Shown piece after piece: positions 28,579 to 39,254 of a stretch of DNA of 62,098 bases. Source of the DNA: an uncultured bacterium (GTDB taxonomy: Bacteria; Verrucomicrobiota; Kiritimatiellia; PWTM01); NCBI GenBank assembly GCA_900661335.1, contig CAACVY010000005.1, forward strand, positions 1 to 62,098. Reading direction: 5' to 3'. A program made the translations under genes and the position numbers. Numbering within the stretch: the first letter of the stretch is position 1; every line of letters begins with the position of its first letter. The notes under the pieces are model-generated. The model was not told where the DNA came from. It searched no databases and worked only from the letters and a program-made list of their open reading frames with translations.

Positions 28579-29737
28579 TCCGCATCCAAACCCGGATGAT
28601 CGTGTCGGCTGCGTGAGTGATTTCTTCATCCGAAAGATTGAGCGAGAGACTCACGCGAAGTCGCGCTGTTTGAGGTGGCACGGATGGCGGACGGATGGCG
28701 ACCACCAACAGCCCCTCGTGTTCTAACGCCGCCGCCAGTCTGCAGGCGCGGGTACTGTCTCCGACCACGAGCGGAACGATGGGGCTGTCGGAATCCTCGA
28801 CCGGTAATCCGGCGGATTGGAGCCGACGACGGAATTGTCGGGCGCGCTCTCGAAGACGGGCGCCACGCCCAGGCTCCTCGCGGAGGATTTCGATAGCGCC
28901 TAGAGCCGCTCCGGCCGCGGCGGGGTGGAGGCCCGTGGAGTAGATCAGCGAGCGGGACGTTTGGACCAGCCAATCGCGAAGCCAACCAGGCCCTGCGACA
29001 AACCCACCCTGCGACGCCAGCGCTTTGCTCAACGTGCCCATCGGTATAAGCAGGACACCGTCGGCGCTGAGTTCACAGCTTCGCCCCGCGCCCCCGGGAC
29101 CGTAGACACCGGTCGCGTGGGCTTCGTCCACGACCAGAGCCGCGCCGTACTCCCGGGCAAGTCGAAGCAGCTCCTCGAGCGGCGCGAGATCTCCATCCAT
29201 GCTGAAGACCGACTCCGTCACGATGCAACGGCGCCGGGCAGACCGGCGCAGAAGACGAGCAACATGGTCCGGCTCGTTGTGGTGAAAACGGTGCCATGTG
29301 GCGCCAGAAAGACGTACGCCATCCAGAAGACTTGCGTGGGCGAGGCGATCCACGACCACTAAATCCCCTGGACCGCACAAAGAGGTGAGCAAGCCCACGT
29401 TCGTGGCATACCCGGAGGAATAAACTACGGCGGCTTCCGTCCGCTTCAATTCCGACAAGCGCTGCTCCAAGTCCGCATGAATCGGAAGGTGACCGCATAC
29501 ATGGCGGGACGCGGTCGCGCCGGCACCATAGCGGCGAAGGGCCTCTTGGGCTGCGGTGATCACGCGGGGATGGTTGGCGAGTCCCAGGTAGTCGTTGGAC
29601 GCCAAGTTGAGTAGTCTTCGAGCCCCACGCGTGACCCACGCGCCAGTGTTTTCACACCGCCGCAAGAGTCGGCGCAATCCAGTGCGTTCGAAACGATCGA
29701 GTTCGCTAAGGATCCAGTCCCGCCACGGTTCGTTCAT
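28571..29737 (-). CDS. bioF: 8-amino-7-oxononanoate synthase
   Basis: ASNDYLGLA, SGYATN, HASLLDG, ESVFSMDGD, DEAHA, GTLSKA, AIRPPSVP. Confidence 0.95.
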   Translation of the reverse strand: MNEPWRDWILSELDRFERTGLRRLLRRCENTGAWVTRGARRLLNLASNDYLGLANHPRVITAAQEALRRYGAGATASRHVCGHLPIHADLEQRLSELKRTEAAVVYSSGYATNVGLLTSLCGPGDLVVVDRLAHASLLDGVRLSGATWHRFHHNEPDHVARLLRRSARRRCIVTESVFSMDGDLAPLEELLRLAREYGAALVVDEAHATGVYGPGGAGRSCELSADGVLLIPMGTLSKALASQGGFVAGPGWLRDWLVQTSRSLIYSTGLHPAAAGAALGAIEILREEPGRGARLRERARQFRRRLQSAGLPVEDSDSPIVPLVVGDSTRACRLAAALEHEGLLVVAIRPPSVPPQTARLRVSLSLNLSDEEITHAADTIIRVWMRNE

Positions 29738-30471
29738 GGTTCACAAGGTTCGGCGGCGGCGGAGTGGGACGCGCGCAACAGTTCGAAACGTTCGCCAGCC
29801 GCGCTCAGCAGCACGCAGTTCGAGATTGTGCGCACCGGCGCGTTGGTGCCTTCATAAAAGTCAGCTCCGATCTGAGCGAACACAAGGCGGACCGGCGTCG
29901 GCAACGGCATCCAGATGAAGTGGAGGTTGCGAGCTTCGGCTGCGGGCGTCGTGCCGCTTTCCTTCCAAACCAAGCTGCATTCTTCGAGCCGAAGTTCAAC
30001 GGGCGGCAGCTCCGCGGGCAGGTCCAGGCCTTTCAAGTCCAATGCCTTGGCCACGGCCACGGCGACGGTGTCCAGCCAGTTGTCGAGAGCGTTTCCTCGT
30101 TGCGCACGGATCCACTCCAATGAACCCCCGCGTACACAAATCTTCGGACGATCGAACCAACGGACAGTGACCTCTCGTGCTCGGCCTACGACGCTTTGGG
30201 CATGGACCGGGGATGCAATTTCGAGATCGCGCAACCGAAGATTCAGGAGAGGAGACAACGCCACACCGCCTACAGTGACCGAGCAGCGCCAACGACGGCT
30301 CAGCTCGTTGGCCAACCAGGACCGAAAGCCTGGGGTTCGGCTGATCACGAGCGCCGTGATGTACAGCACGACCAAAATGAAGCCGAACGTCCCCAGCGCG
30401 CGCCGCACCCTATCACGAACGCGGCGGTGTAAGGGTTGCGGTTCGTCCTCGTAACGAATTTGTTCGGGCAT
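29734..30471 (-). CDS. Hypothetical membrane-anchored protein
   Basis: Single N-terminal TM segment, beta-rich remainder; stop overlaps the bioF start. Confidence 0.6.
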   Translation of the reverse strand: MPEQIRYEDEPQPLHRRVRDRVRRALGTFGFILVVLYITALVISRTPGFRSWLANELSRRWRCSVTVGGVALSPLLNLRLRDLEIASPVHAQSVVGRAREVTVRWFDRPKICVRGGSLEWIRAQRGNALDNWLDTVAVAVAKALDLKGLDLPAELPPVELRLEECSLVWKESGTTPAAEARNLHFIWMPLPTPVRLVFAQIGADFYEGTNAPVRTISNCVLLSAAGERFELLRASHSAAAEPCEP

Positions 30472-30480
30472 GGAGCGGCG

Positions 30481-31332
30481 TTACCAACTGTGGGCAAGTT
30501 CGGCAGCGCGCCGACGAGCGGCTTCGAATGCGGCCAGCCAAGCCTCGCGAACTCCGCGCGCCTCCAGCACCTTCATCGCGGCCTCGGTCGTGCCCTTTTC
30601 GGACGTCACGCGCCGTCGCGCCTCGGCGGCGTCCAGCCCAGTCTCGCGCAACAAACGTGCCGCCCCCTCCACAGTGGCCAGGATGAGCCGACGGGCGACG
30701 CCGGGATCCAGCCCGAATTGCGCCGCTGCCTCAGATAAGCATTCGATCAAGAAAAACACATAGGCCGGGCCGCTGCCGCTGATCGCGGTCACGGCGTCCA
30801 TCATGGCTTCGGGGACGCGTTCCACCAGTCCCATCGGGCGCAGCACAGCTTCGGCGCGTTGGAGATCGAGTTCGCGTGCGTAGGAGCCCGGACAGAGCGC
30901 GGTGGCTCCGGAGCGCACCATCGCGGGCGTGTTCGGCATCGCGCGCACTACGCGGGGGCGCCCTTGAAGCCACTCTTCGATGCACCTCGTTGTCACACCC
31001 GCGGCAATGCTCAGAACGGTGGCCGTGCGAGGAATGGCTCCTCGCAGTTCCGACGCCACCGATTCGAGCACTTGCGGTTTGACCGCCAGGACCGCCAAGG
31101 TCACTTCGCGAACCACCTCTCGATTCGATGCAGCGACCGCCACGCCCAGCGTCGTGTGAAAGTACTCCCTACGCTCCGGGCGAACGTCCGACACCGTGAT
31201 GCGCTCGGCTGGGAACCCTGAAGCGACCAGCGCACGGACCATCGCTTCGGCCATGTTGCCAGCGCCGATCCATGCAACCCGTTCGAGAAGGTTCGAACTG
31301 GCTCGCGACCTTTGAGAGGACTTTCGGGTCAT
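30481..31332 (-). CDS. proC: Pyrroline-5-carboxylate reductase
   Basis: IGAGNMA, LAVKPQ, RAMPNTPA, SGSGPAY, TSEKGTT. Confidence 0.95.
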   Translation of the reverse strand: MTRKSSQRSRASSNLLERVAWIGAGNMAEAMVRALVASGFPAERITVSDVRPERREYFHTTLGVAVAASNREVVREVTLAVLAVKPQVLESVASELRGAIPRTATVLSIAAGVTTRCIEEWLQGRPRVVRAMPNTPAMVRSGATALCPGSYARELDLQRAEAVLRPMGLVERVPEAMMDAVTAISGSGPAYVFFLIECLSEAAAQFGLDPGVARRLILATVEGAARLLRETGLDAAEARRRVTSEKGTTEAAMKVLEARGVREAWLAAFEAARRRAAELAHSW

Positions 31333-32063
31333 GGGGATTCCTCCATCGCAGGTTTTTTGGGCGGGGGGCGAGGCCCAAAAATATCGGTGCCAACTCGGAT
31401 CATCGTGGCGCCTTCGAGGATGGCATATTCGAAATCGTGCGACATGCCCATGGATAACTCCGGCAGAGCAACCTTGAGGTCTCGGACACACCGATCCCGC
31501 AGTTCGCGCAACGCAGCGAAGAAAGGTCGGACCTTCTCCGGTTGTTCGAAAAACGGCGGCATAGTCATCAGGCCAACTAGCTCGATCGCGGGCAAGTCCT
31601 GTGCGGCAGTGATCACTTCGGGAACTTGCTCGGGAGCCAGCCCGAACTTGGACCGTTCGCCCGACACATTCACTTCCAACAGTACGCGCGGGCGTACGCC
31701 TTCGTCGGCTGCCAGTCGCGCGATTCGTCGCAGCAGGTCGGCCGAATCCACCGAGTGGATCGTCGAAAATAGCCGAAGAGCCGGCCGAACCTTGTTGGAT
31801 TGCAAATGCCCAACCATGTGCCAGTCGAGGTGCCCTGGACACAATGGGATTTTAGCCGCCGCCTCTTGAACCCGATTTTCGCCGATGACCCGGATTCCGC
31901 ACTCGGCCGCTGCGCGGACGGCCTCGGGTGGGTGGTTTTTGGCAATGGCCACGAGCAGCACAGAGTCTGGATCTCGCCCGGCCTGTTCACATGCCCGTTG
32001 GATCCGTTCACGGACGCGTGCCACGCGCTCGGCAATGGTCATGGGCACTTCCCGTTCGCTCAT
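31329..32063 (-). CDS. yggS: PLP homeostasis protein YggS/PROSC
   Basis: GENRVQEA, HMVGHLQSNK, GLMTMPP, LSMGMSHDFE.AI.EGATMIRVGT. Confidence 0.96.
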   Translation of the reverse strand: MSEREVPMTIAERVARVRERIQRACEQAGRDPDSVLLVAIAKNHPPEAVRAAAECGIRVIGENRVQEAAAKIPLCPGHLDWHMVGHLQSNKVRPALRLFSTIHSVDSADLLRRIARLAADEGVRPRVLLEVNVSGERSKFGLAPEQVPEVITAAQDLPAIELVGLMTMPPFFEQPEKVRPFFAALRELRDRCVRDLKVALPELSMGMSHDFEYAILEGATMIRVGTDIFGPRPPPKKPAMEESP

Positions 32064-32119
32064 ACAGGCCATTGTAGTAGATCTGGCGCGCGTCGGCAGG
32101 CCAGCGTTGTGCCACGGGT

Positions 32120-33598
32120 TCAGGATCCGGGTTGGTGCCCTTGACGACGCGCTTCTAGCCTAGCTAGGAAGACCTCCATGACCCGGTCGTACAGCGTTTG
32201 ACGAAGCACGCGGTCCTCGACGTCGCTTTCTACGCTCGGATTGTCGTTCACTTCGATCACGTACACACGACCGTTGACGACTTTCAGGTCCACCCCGTAG
32301 AAACCGTCACCGATCAAGTTGGCCGCTCGCAGGGCGGTGTGGACCACGCGCCGTGGCGCCAGTTCCACGGGGAGGGTTTTGTAGGGCCCGTAGGCAGGCT
32401 CGCCGTTGCCCAGATGGTGGTACACCTGCCAATGATTGCGCGCCATGTAGTACTGGCAGGCAAACAGGGGACGCCGATCTATGATTCCAATACGCCAGTC
32501 GAACGAAGTTTGGATGAACTCTTGAGCGATCAGAAGGTCAGAGGTTTCCAGCAACCGCTCGACCTCACGGCGGTACTCTTCCTCGGTCTGTACCCGCACG
32601 ACCCCGAGTGAGAACGCGGAGTCGGGCTGTTTGAGGACCAAGGGCAAGCCGAGTTGCCGGCGGACCTCTTCGATGTTGTGGCGATGAAGAACGCAGGTGC
32701 GGGGCACGGGAACATGGTGGCGCTGGAGTAGCTCCGCAAGAAAGACCTTGTTGGTGCATCGCACGATCGAGTCCGGGTCGTCGATGACCACCAGCCCTTC
32801 GGCTTCGGCTCGGCGTGCGAATCGGTAGGTGGGGTTGTTGACGGCCGTGGTTTCGCGAATGAACAGCGCGTCGTACTCGGCCAGCTCTCCGTAATCTTCC
32901 TCCGAGATCAGCTCCGCCTCGATCCGTAGACGCTCGGCGGCTTCGCAGAACTGTTCCAGCGCGCGATCGTCCGACGGCGGGGTTGGGTCCCGACGGTCGC
33001 GCAGGATCGCCATGCGATACCGCGCCGGTGCACGGCGGGACTTTCTCGCGGCGGGGTGGGCAAAGTGGGCCGAGGCAAGCTTGAGGATCACCTCGCGATG
33101 TCCCGCAGGAACCTCGTCCATCGAGATGGCCACGGCGCTGCGCAGTTCCCACGCGTCGTCTTCGCGGACGAAGTGCGCCCGCAACAGCGGCACAGGAAAC
33201 AAGTTGAACAAGCTACGCGCTAGCCGGTCGTAGCGAGGGTTGATGCTGTGACCGAAGTACACCGGCAAATGGAACTGGGCACCGCGCAAATGACCCAGCG
33301 TTCGGTCGAGCACGTCGTCCAGCTCGCCGGACATGGCACGCGCGACCGAAGGAAATCGAAGATCTTGCATGGTGCTCACGTTCGGCATTGGTTTGTGGCC
33401 GCGAGCCTCGGCCAACAGCGAGACGTAGTAGCCCGCCGTTTGGTACCGATACGACCGACACAGGTTGTAGACACGGCAGTAGGGCAGGGCCGAGTAGCGA
33501 GGATCCATGAGGTAATCCTGGGCCGACACCACGGAGACATTCGGCAGGGTCAAGGGCCATTCGGCCGGGTTATCCACAACGCAGAGAATTCGGGACAT
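32120..33598 (-). CDS. RimK-family ATP-grasp ligase with RLAN-type N-terminal domain
   Basis: NLCRSYRYQTAGYYVSLLAEARGH, FIRETT, KQPDSAFSLGV, QEFIQTSFDWRIG, IEVNDNP. Confidence 0.88.
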   Translation of the reverse strand: MSRILCVVDNPAEWPLTLPNVSVVSAQDYLMDPRYSALPYCRVYNLCRSYRYQTAGYYVSLLAEARGHKPMPNVSTMQDLRFPSVARAMSGELDDVLDRTLGHLRGAQFHLPVYFGHSINPRYDRLARSLFNLFPVPLLRAHFVREDDAWELRSAVAISMDEVPAGHREVILKLASAHFAHPAARKSRRAPARYRMAILRDRRDPTPPSDDRALEQFCEAAERLRIEAELISEEDYGELAEYDALFIRETTAVNNPTYRFARRAEAEGLVVIDDPDSIVRCTNKVFLAELLQRHHVPVPRTCVLHRHNIEEVRRQLGLPLVLKQPDSAFSLGVVRVQTEEEYRREVERLLETSDLLIAQEFIQTSFDWRIGIIDRRPLFACQYYMARNHWQVYHHLGNGEPAYGPYKTLPVELAPRRVVHTALRAANLIGDGFYGVDLKVVNGRVYVIEVNDNPSVESDVEDRVLRQTLYDRVMEVFLARLEARRQGHQPGS

Positions 33599-34222
33599 AG
33601 TTGGAGGGTCCGCGGGACGATCGGAATGGTTCTGAATCGTCGCGGTTCATCGGAAGAACGTGGGCGCTGTCACAGTCCCACTCACACATTTCGTATGATT
33701 CAGCATCCCCACGGCTTTGTCAAGCCGCCGGCATGCGAGCTCGCGGCCGGTCGGCCCGCCTCGCGCTGCATGCGAAGGCATCGAGCAGTTCGGCGCGCGG
33801 CACCATTCCAAAGCGCCCACGTCTCCCGCTTTAGGGGGAGCTCCTAGTGTCGGGCCGCCGATCGTAGCCCGTGCGCAAGAAGAAAGGGAGAGCTCCAAGA
33901 AGAATAAGTGGTTGACGGCCGCGCTTTCAGAGAGGATTGGCCGGATTCGTCCTCCGCCAGCTCGACCGCGAGAACTATTGTGCAGGACCTTGAAAGGCCA
34001 TAGAAAACCACCAAAAGGTTGGGCGGACCTTGCCGAGGCCGTTGAGCATGTACAGAACGAGTTGGAATCGTGAACCGGGCGCGTACATATAGGGCGCGAT
34101 GAATTTCTAAGACCACAGGTGGGCCGGCGGAGGTCGCCTTGATTCGGTCCGGCTCCTGCGCTGGGGTTTCTGAAGATGTGGCCATGCCTTGCTCGGTCGG
34201 CTGGGGACCTGTCTTCGTGGAC

Positions 34223-34251
34223 TTGACCCGCATGGTCGCGGTGCCTATCGT
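34223..34251 (+). promoter_or_regulatory. Putative sigma70 promoter of proS
   Basis: TTGACC-N17-TATCGT. Confidence 0.5.
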
Positions 34252-34279
34252 AACGCGGTTGCGATTTTGGGAGATGTAC

Positions 34280-35809
34280 ATGGCGGTCACGCAGTCCACG
34301 ACAGCAATCGTACCGACTCGAAACGAGGATTATCCTGAGTGGTATCAGGCGGTGATTCGGGCCGCGGAGCTGGCGGACAATAGTCCCGTGCGCGGATGCA
34401 TGGTGATTCGGCCGTGGGGCTATGCGATCTGGGAGAATATCCGCGCGCGGCTGGATCAGATGTTCAAGGAGACAGGGCACGTCAACGCCTATTTCCCGCT
34501 GTTTATTCCGCTGAGCTTTTTCCAGAAAGAGGCTGAGCATGTGGAGGGGTTCGCCAAGGAATGTGCGGTAGTCACCCACCATCGGCTAGAACTCGGGCCG
34601 GACGGGAAGTTGCGTCCGAGCGGCGAGTTGGAGGAGCCGTTGGTGGTGCGGCCGACCTCCGAAACTATCATCGGCGCGATGTTCGCGCGTTGGATCGAGA
34701 GCTGGCGCGACCTGCCCATCAAAATCAACCAGTGGGCCAACGTGGTTCGCTGGGAAATGCGGACGCGCATGTTCCTGCGCACGACGGAGTTTCTCTGGCA
34801 AGAGGGCCACACTGCGCACGAAACGCGGGAAGAGGCATGGGAAGAGACGTTAACAATGCTGGAGGTCTACCGCAGGTTCGCGGAAGAGGATTTGGCGATC
34901 CCAGTAATCCCGGGTGAGAAGACTCCGGGCGAGCGTTTTCCGGGGGCGGAAAATACCTTTAGCATCGAGGCGATGATGCAGGACCGCAAGGCCCTCCAAG
35001 CCGGCACCAGCCATTTCCTCGGGCAAAACTTTGCTCGCGCATCGGGCATTCAGTACACCGCGCGCGATCGGAGCCGCCAATATGCCTGGACCACCTCGTG
35101 GGGAGTATCCACACGATTGATCGGTGCGCTGATCATGACGCATGGCGATGATGACGGGTTGGCGTTACCTCCCCGGATTGCGCCAGCCCACGTGGCCATC
35201 CTTCCCATCATCCGCAGCGAGGCCGATCGTGCCCGGATTTTGGAGTGGTGTGAACGGCTGGCGGCGGACCTTCGGTCGCAGACGTATGAAGGCCGTCGGG
35301 TCGAGGTGGTGGTGGACGTATCTGATGAAAACGCAGGTGAACGGAATTGGCGCTGGATCAAGCGTGGAATTCCCGTGCGGGCGGAAGTGGGCCCGCGCGA
35401 CATCGCCGCCCAAAGTGTGTTCGTAGGACGGCGGGACCGCGCCCCACGGGACCGGTATAGCCAATCCCGGGGCGAATTCGTCGCCGGCATTGCCGAGTTG
35501 CTGGCGGAGATTCAGCGGGGGCTGTACGAACGCGCGCGAAAGTTCCGCGAAGAGCATACGCACACGATCCAGAGCTGGGACGAGTTCCGGAGTTTCTTCA
35601 CGCCCGCGAACCCGGAGAAGCCGGAAATTCATGGCGGCTTTGCTTGGTCACACTGGTGTGGGTCTCGCGCGTGCGAGCAAAAGGTCAACGAAGAATTGTC
35701 CGTGACGATCCGATGTCGGCCGATCGACTTCGGCGAATCGGAACCTGGTCGGTGCGTGGTGTGTGGTGCGCCGGCGCAGGAGCGCGTCATTTTCGCCAAG
35801 GCCTACTGA
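34280..35809 (+). CDS. proS: Proline--tRNA ligase (archaeal/eukaryote-like type)
   Basis: YPEWYQAVI, VRPTSET, VRWEMRTRMFLRTTEFLWQEGHT, QAGTSHFLGQNF, SWGVSTRLIGA, C-terminal FAKAY. Confidence 0.97.
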   Translation: MAVTQSTTAIVPTRNEDYPEWYQAVIRAAELADNSPVRGCMVIRPWGYAIWENIRARLDQMFKETGHVNAYFPLFIPLSFFQKEAEHVEGFAKECAVVTHHRLELGPDGKLRPSGELEEPLVVRPTSETIIGAMFARWIESWRDLPIKINQWANVVRWEMRTRMFLRTTEFLWQEGHTAHETREEAWEETLTMLEVYRRFAEEDLAIPVIPGEKTPGERFPGAENTFSIEAMMQDRKALQAGTSHFLGQNFARASGIQYTARDRSRQYAWTTSWGVSTRLIGALIMTHGDDDGLALPPRIAPAHVAILPIIRSEADRARILEWCERLAADLRSQTYEGRRVEVVVDVSDENAGERNWRWIKRGIPVRAEVGPRDIAAQSVFVGRRDRAPRDRYSQSRGEFVAGIAELLAEIQRGLYERARKFREEHTHTIQSWDEFRSFFTPANPEKPEIHGGFAWSHWCGSRACEQKVNEELSVTIRCRPIDFGESEPGRCVVCGAPAQERVIFAKAY

Positions 35810-37199
35810 TCGTTCGGCAGCGCCGCTTCCCGCCCCAATCGGGTCGGGCGGGCGAACCCGTACTTGACGTTGTGGCCTGTGCGTTGTCCATTGGGTCGCA
35901 GTAGGCGTCCGTTTCTGGCGGCGGATTGGGTCTTGGCCGGGTGCCATGCTCAACTTGAACGGTCCGGCGCATCGATCTCCCTGGGGACGCGTGGCGCAAA
36001 ACTCGTCTTCGGCCCCGGCAGCTTTTGAACGACGTTGGGAATCTCGGGTGCTGGATTGTTTTACACCTCCACTTGGTCGGGGCGTCGGTCGGTGCCGGGG
36101 CGGACTTCCACGCACGGCTCCGGTGGGTCCTATGCGGCCCGAGGAGCGCCTGAACCTCAGCGTCTTTTAACGTTGGTGACGCCGAAAGGCGAAGAGGCCT
36201 TCGTGGACAGTTGCCCGGAGCTCGTGCAGGGGAATTATGGCCTTGCGCTGGAGCAGTTCGAAAAGGGATTGGACCTGGCCGACGTGGCCTTGGGCACCGT
36301 GGTGTTGTCGCTACAATTAGGGCAGTAGTGAAAGGCGGGCGATATTTCAGGAAGGCAGTCGAAGAGCAACGAGAGCTTGCGCGCCACTTCACGAAGTACG
36401 GTGTCGAGGGGACGTGCGTCAGCGCAATCACCAAGGAGGTCCACCCGCACATTCGACCTCACCTCCTGGACGCCTTGTTGGCGCTGGTGGAGGGTGTATC
36501 AGTGCTCGAAAATTGAGACGAGGCGACCGCTCGTCTGAGATGACTCTTGGGTCTCGAGCCATATGAGGACGTGGTGCGGCTTTCGTTGCCGGAGCTATTG
36601 CTGCTCGCTGCCCCGACCGATCCGAATGTTGGCCGGGAAGTTTTCGAATTGTCCTAAGGGTTTTCTCCTGAGACACCTTTGGCCGTGGCGTTTATGCCGT
36701 ATTGGGTGAAGGCGCTCCGGCAGTTGGGTCGGAGAAGGCCGCGCGGAAGTGCTTACGGCGGCCCGGAGGCGGGAACAAAGTTGTCCAAGAGAACTCGCGT
36801 GCGCGCTTCGTTATGAACGCGCGCTCGCGCATGAAAGTCTCGGTGGCATGGGCGAAGCGCGACAGGACCTGGAAATATCACGCAATGGGTCCCAACCACG
36901 AAGAGGTGTGACACGTGGTTAAACGTCCGACGGCTCGACGTTTGGATTGGCGAGGGTCGGTCTAGAGGCGTTGGAACGGGGGCAGATATTTGCGACGATC
37001 GCGTGCGCGGTGCAGCCCAGAGACATCTCGCAGCCATGAGACAAGATGAATGTTCAGTGGGGCGGCCTGTCGAATGACGCAGCAAGCTGCCCTCCAAGGT
37101 TCGGGGGAGCCGTGTGGGGTGGAGAAAATTCTCTCGGGCTGTCCGGCCTTTGCCAGTATGACCCGAAAGCGGTAAGCTGAGCGGGTCGAGGACACTGTG

Positions 37200-38492
37200 A
37201 TGGCGCACTTTGCACGACGATGGTTGAGGGAGGAACTGCCGCGGCTAGAGGCGGAAGGCATAGTGGCGTCGGACCAAGCTCAACGGATTCGCGAATATTA
37301 CGCAGCCGGGGGTGACGCAGAGGGGAGGCGTCGAGCCGTTTCGGTGTTCGCCGTTTTGGGCGTACTGCTGGTGGGCAGCGGAATCATTTTAATCATCGCG
37401 CACAATTGGGCCGACCTGTCGCGAGGCCTCCGGGTGGCTCTCGCCATCATTCCGCTACTAGCGGTGCAGACGCTGGCTTTTTGGGTTTCACGCACCAGGT
37501 TCCATCGGCCCGTTTGGAGGGAATCCATCGGCGTGGCGTGGGTGCTGTCGCTGGGCGCAGCATTGGCGTTGATCTCTCAGACGTATCACACGCTGACGTT
37601 GGGGCGGTTTTGTCTCATATGGGCGTTGTTAACTCTGCCGGTCAGTTACCTATGGCCGTCGGTGTTTCCCTTGGGGATCTATCCGATTCTGGTCTTAGGT
37701 TGGGCGACGGACGCCCCCAAAGATTGGGAACTCGCTTTCTGGCCCCTTCTCGGCCTGGGGTGGCCACAAGTGCGCCGGAAGGCGTGTCTTGGGTTCCGCC
37801 TGGGTGGGGCGTTCGTGTCTCTAGCCTATGCAGCTGCGGTGCTCATCGGTGGTCCCAGCACCTTGGACGTAGTGGCGCAGCTATCTCCTTTGTCGCAGGT
37901 GTATTACGCGGCGGTATTGACCACATGGTTCCTTGGTAACGAAGCGAACCCAGGTGCTCGAAGTTCGAGTAGAAATCTCGTGTTTTATGGTTTGGGCTTG
38001 GGCGGTATCGGAGTGATGTCGTTAATGCTCACGTATACGGCTTCGTGGGACCTGGGCGAGTCAGGTGGAATGGAACTGAACTCGCGCCTAGGAGCCGAGG
38101 TGGCACTCATCGCGGCGTGGGTCGTGACGGCGGGGGTGCGGTGGGCTCGCGCGTGGACGTCGCTCGGTTCGCGTGCGCGAGTCGTGGGCAGTTGGATCTT
38201 GGCCTTGCTGCTGGCCGAGTGGCTGGCGCGAGAATGGGGCAGAACGGCAGCAGTGGTGGTGGCCAACGTGTACGTTCTGGTCTCGTCCGCGTGCGTGATA
38301 GCAGATGGAATTCGGCGACAACACCTGGCGTTTGCCAACGTGGGCTTGCTTTGGTTCAGTGCGTGGATGGTGTTGCGGTTCTTCGATATGGAATGGGGGT
38401 ACCTGGTGCGCGGAACTGCGTTTGTGCTCATCGGGTTGGCGTTGCTGGGTCTGAACGTGTTCCTTCGGCGAGCTTGGAGGCGTCCAACATGA
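37200..38492 (+). CDS. DUF2157-type multi-pass membrane protein
   Basis: WLREELPRLEAEGIV, GIILIIAHNW.DL, LISQTYH, many TM segments. Confidence 0.8.
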   Translation: MAHFARRWLREELPRLEAEGIVASDQAQRIREYYAAGGDAEGRRRAVSVFAVLGVLLVGSGIILIIAHNWADLSRGLRVALAIIPLLAVQTLAFWVSRTRFHRPVWRESIGVAWVLSLGAALALISQTYHTLTLGRFCLIWALLTLPVSYLWPSVFPLGIYPILVLGWATDAPKDWELAFWPLLGLGWPQVRRKACLGFRLGGAFVSLAYAAAVLIGGPSTLDVVAQLSPLSQVYYAAVLTTWFLGNEANPGARSSSRNLVFYGLGLGGIGVMSLMLTYTASWDLGESGGMELNSRLGAEVALIAAWVVTAGVRWARAWTSLGSRARVVGSWILALLLAEWLAREWGRTAAVVVANVYVLVSSACVIADGIRRQHLAFANVGLLWFSAWMVLRFFDMEWGYLVRGTAFVLIGLALLGLNVFLRRAWRRPT

Positions 38493-39082
38493 GCGCGGGA
38501 AAACTTTGGCCCGCTGGGTGGTTCGCGACGGTTGTCCTTCAAGTGTTCGCGGTGCTCCACCCAGCAATTCAGTCGGAGTTAGTGCTCCGACTGGGACGCC
38601 CGTATCGCTTCCGATTACTCCCCGTGGATCCAAGCGATCCCTTCCGTGGGGAATATGTGCAGCTGCAGTTGGGCCCCAATCGGGCTCGTTGGCAGGGACC
38701 CGCATCCCTGCGCGGTTCGGAGCAGGGCTACGCGGTGTTGGCCATCGACACCAATGGCTTTGTGAGTGTCGAGAGGGTTCAGTCGGAGCGACCGAAGAGT
38801 GATTATTTGAGCGTGCGGCTGGTATGGGAGGGCCATCCAGAGGGCCCGAGAATTCGTTGGCCGTGGGATCGCTGGTATGCGCCGGAAGGACTTGCGCGGG
38901 AGTTGGAGCGCGCCGCATTGCCTCGCCGCGAGTCCACCAACTATGCCATTGTGCGCGTGTGGCGGGGACTGGGGGCGATCGAGGACCTTATAGTAGACGG
39001 ACGGTCGGCCCGGCAGGAAGCCCGGGAACGATCGCGCCGGCGCGAACCCGTACAAAGTTCTCTTCCGGTGTCCCGACCTTGA
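38489..39082 (+). CDS. GDYXXLXY domain-containing protein
   Basis: PVDPSDPFRGEYVQL motif; ATG overlaps the DUF2157 stop, the usual pairing. Confidence 0.8.
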   Translation: MSAGKLWPAGWFATVVLQVFAVLHPAIQSELVLRLGRPYRFRLLPVDPSDPFRGEYVQLQLGPNRARWQGPASLRGSEQGYAVLAIDTNGFVSVERVQSERPKSDYLSVRLVWEGHPEGPRIRWPWDRWYAPEGLARELERAALPRRESTNYAIVRVWRGLGAIEDLIVDGRSARQEARERSRRREPVQSSLPVSRP

Positions 39083-39254
39083 TGACCCGGCTGAGCAATC
39101 GTATGGAAGCGCGCTGACGTGGCGTAGCGGTTGAAACCGTTGAGAAAGCCGGACGGACACTGGATGAATGCACCAACATCACTTACACCTCAGAGGTGAG
39201 GTGGCTTGTTGTGTTGGAATCTAGAATTATGGTGGGTTCGGATTGGATCGCGAC

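Noticed and set aside
33599-34220. Several 100-300 aa ORFs between the RimK-like gene and proS
   Set aside because: They are Arg/Pro/Ser-rich shadow frames with no recognisable motif or RBS; treated as intergenic.
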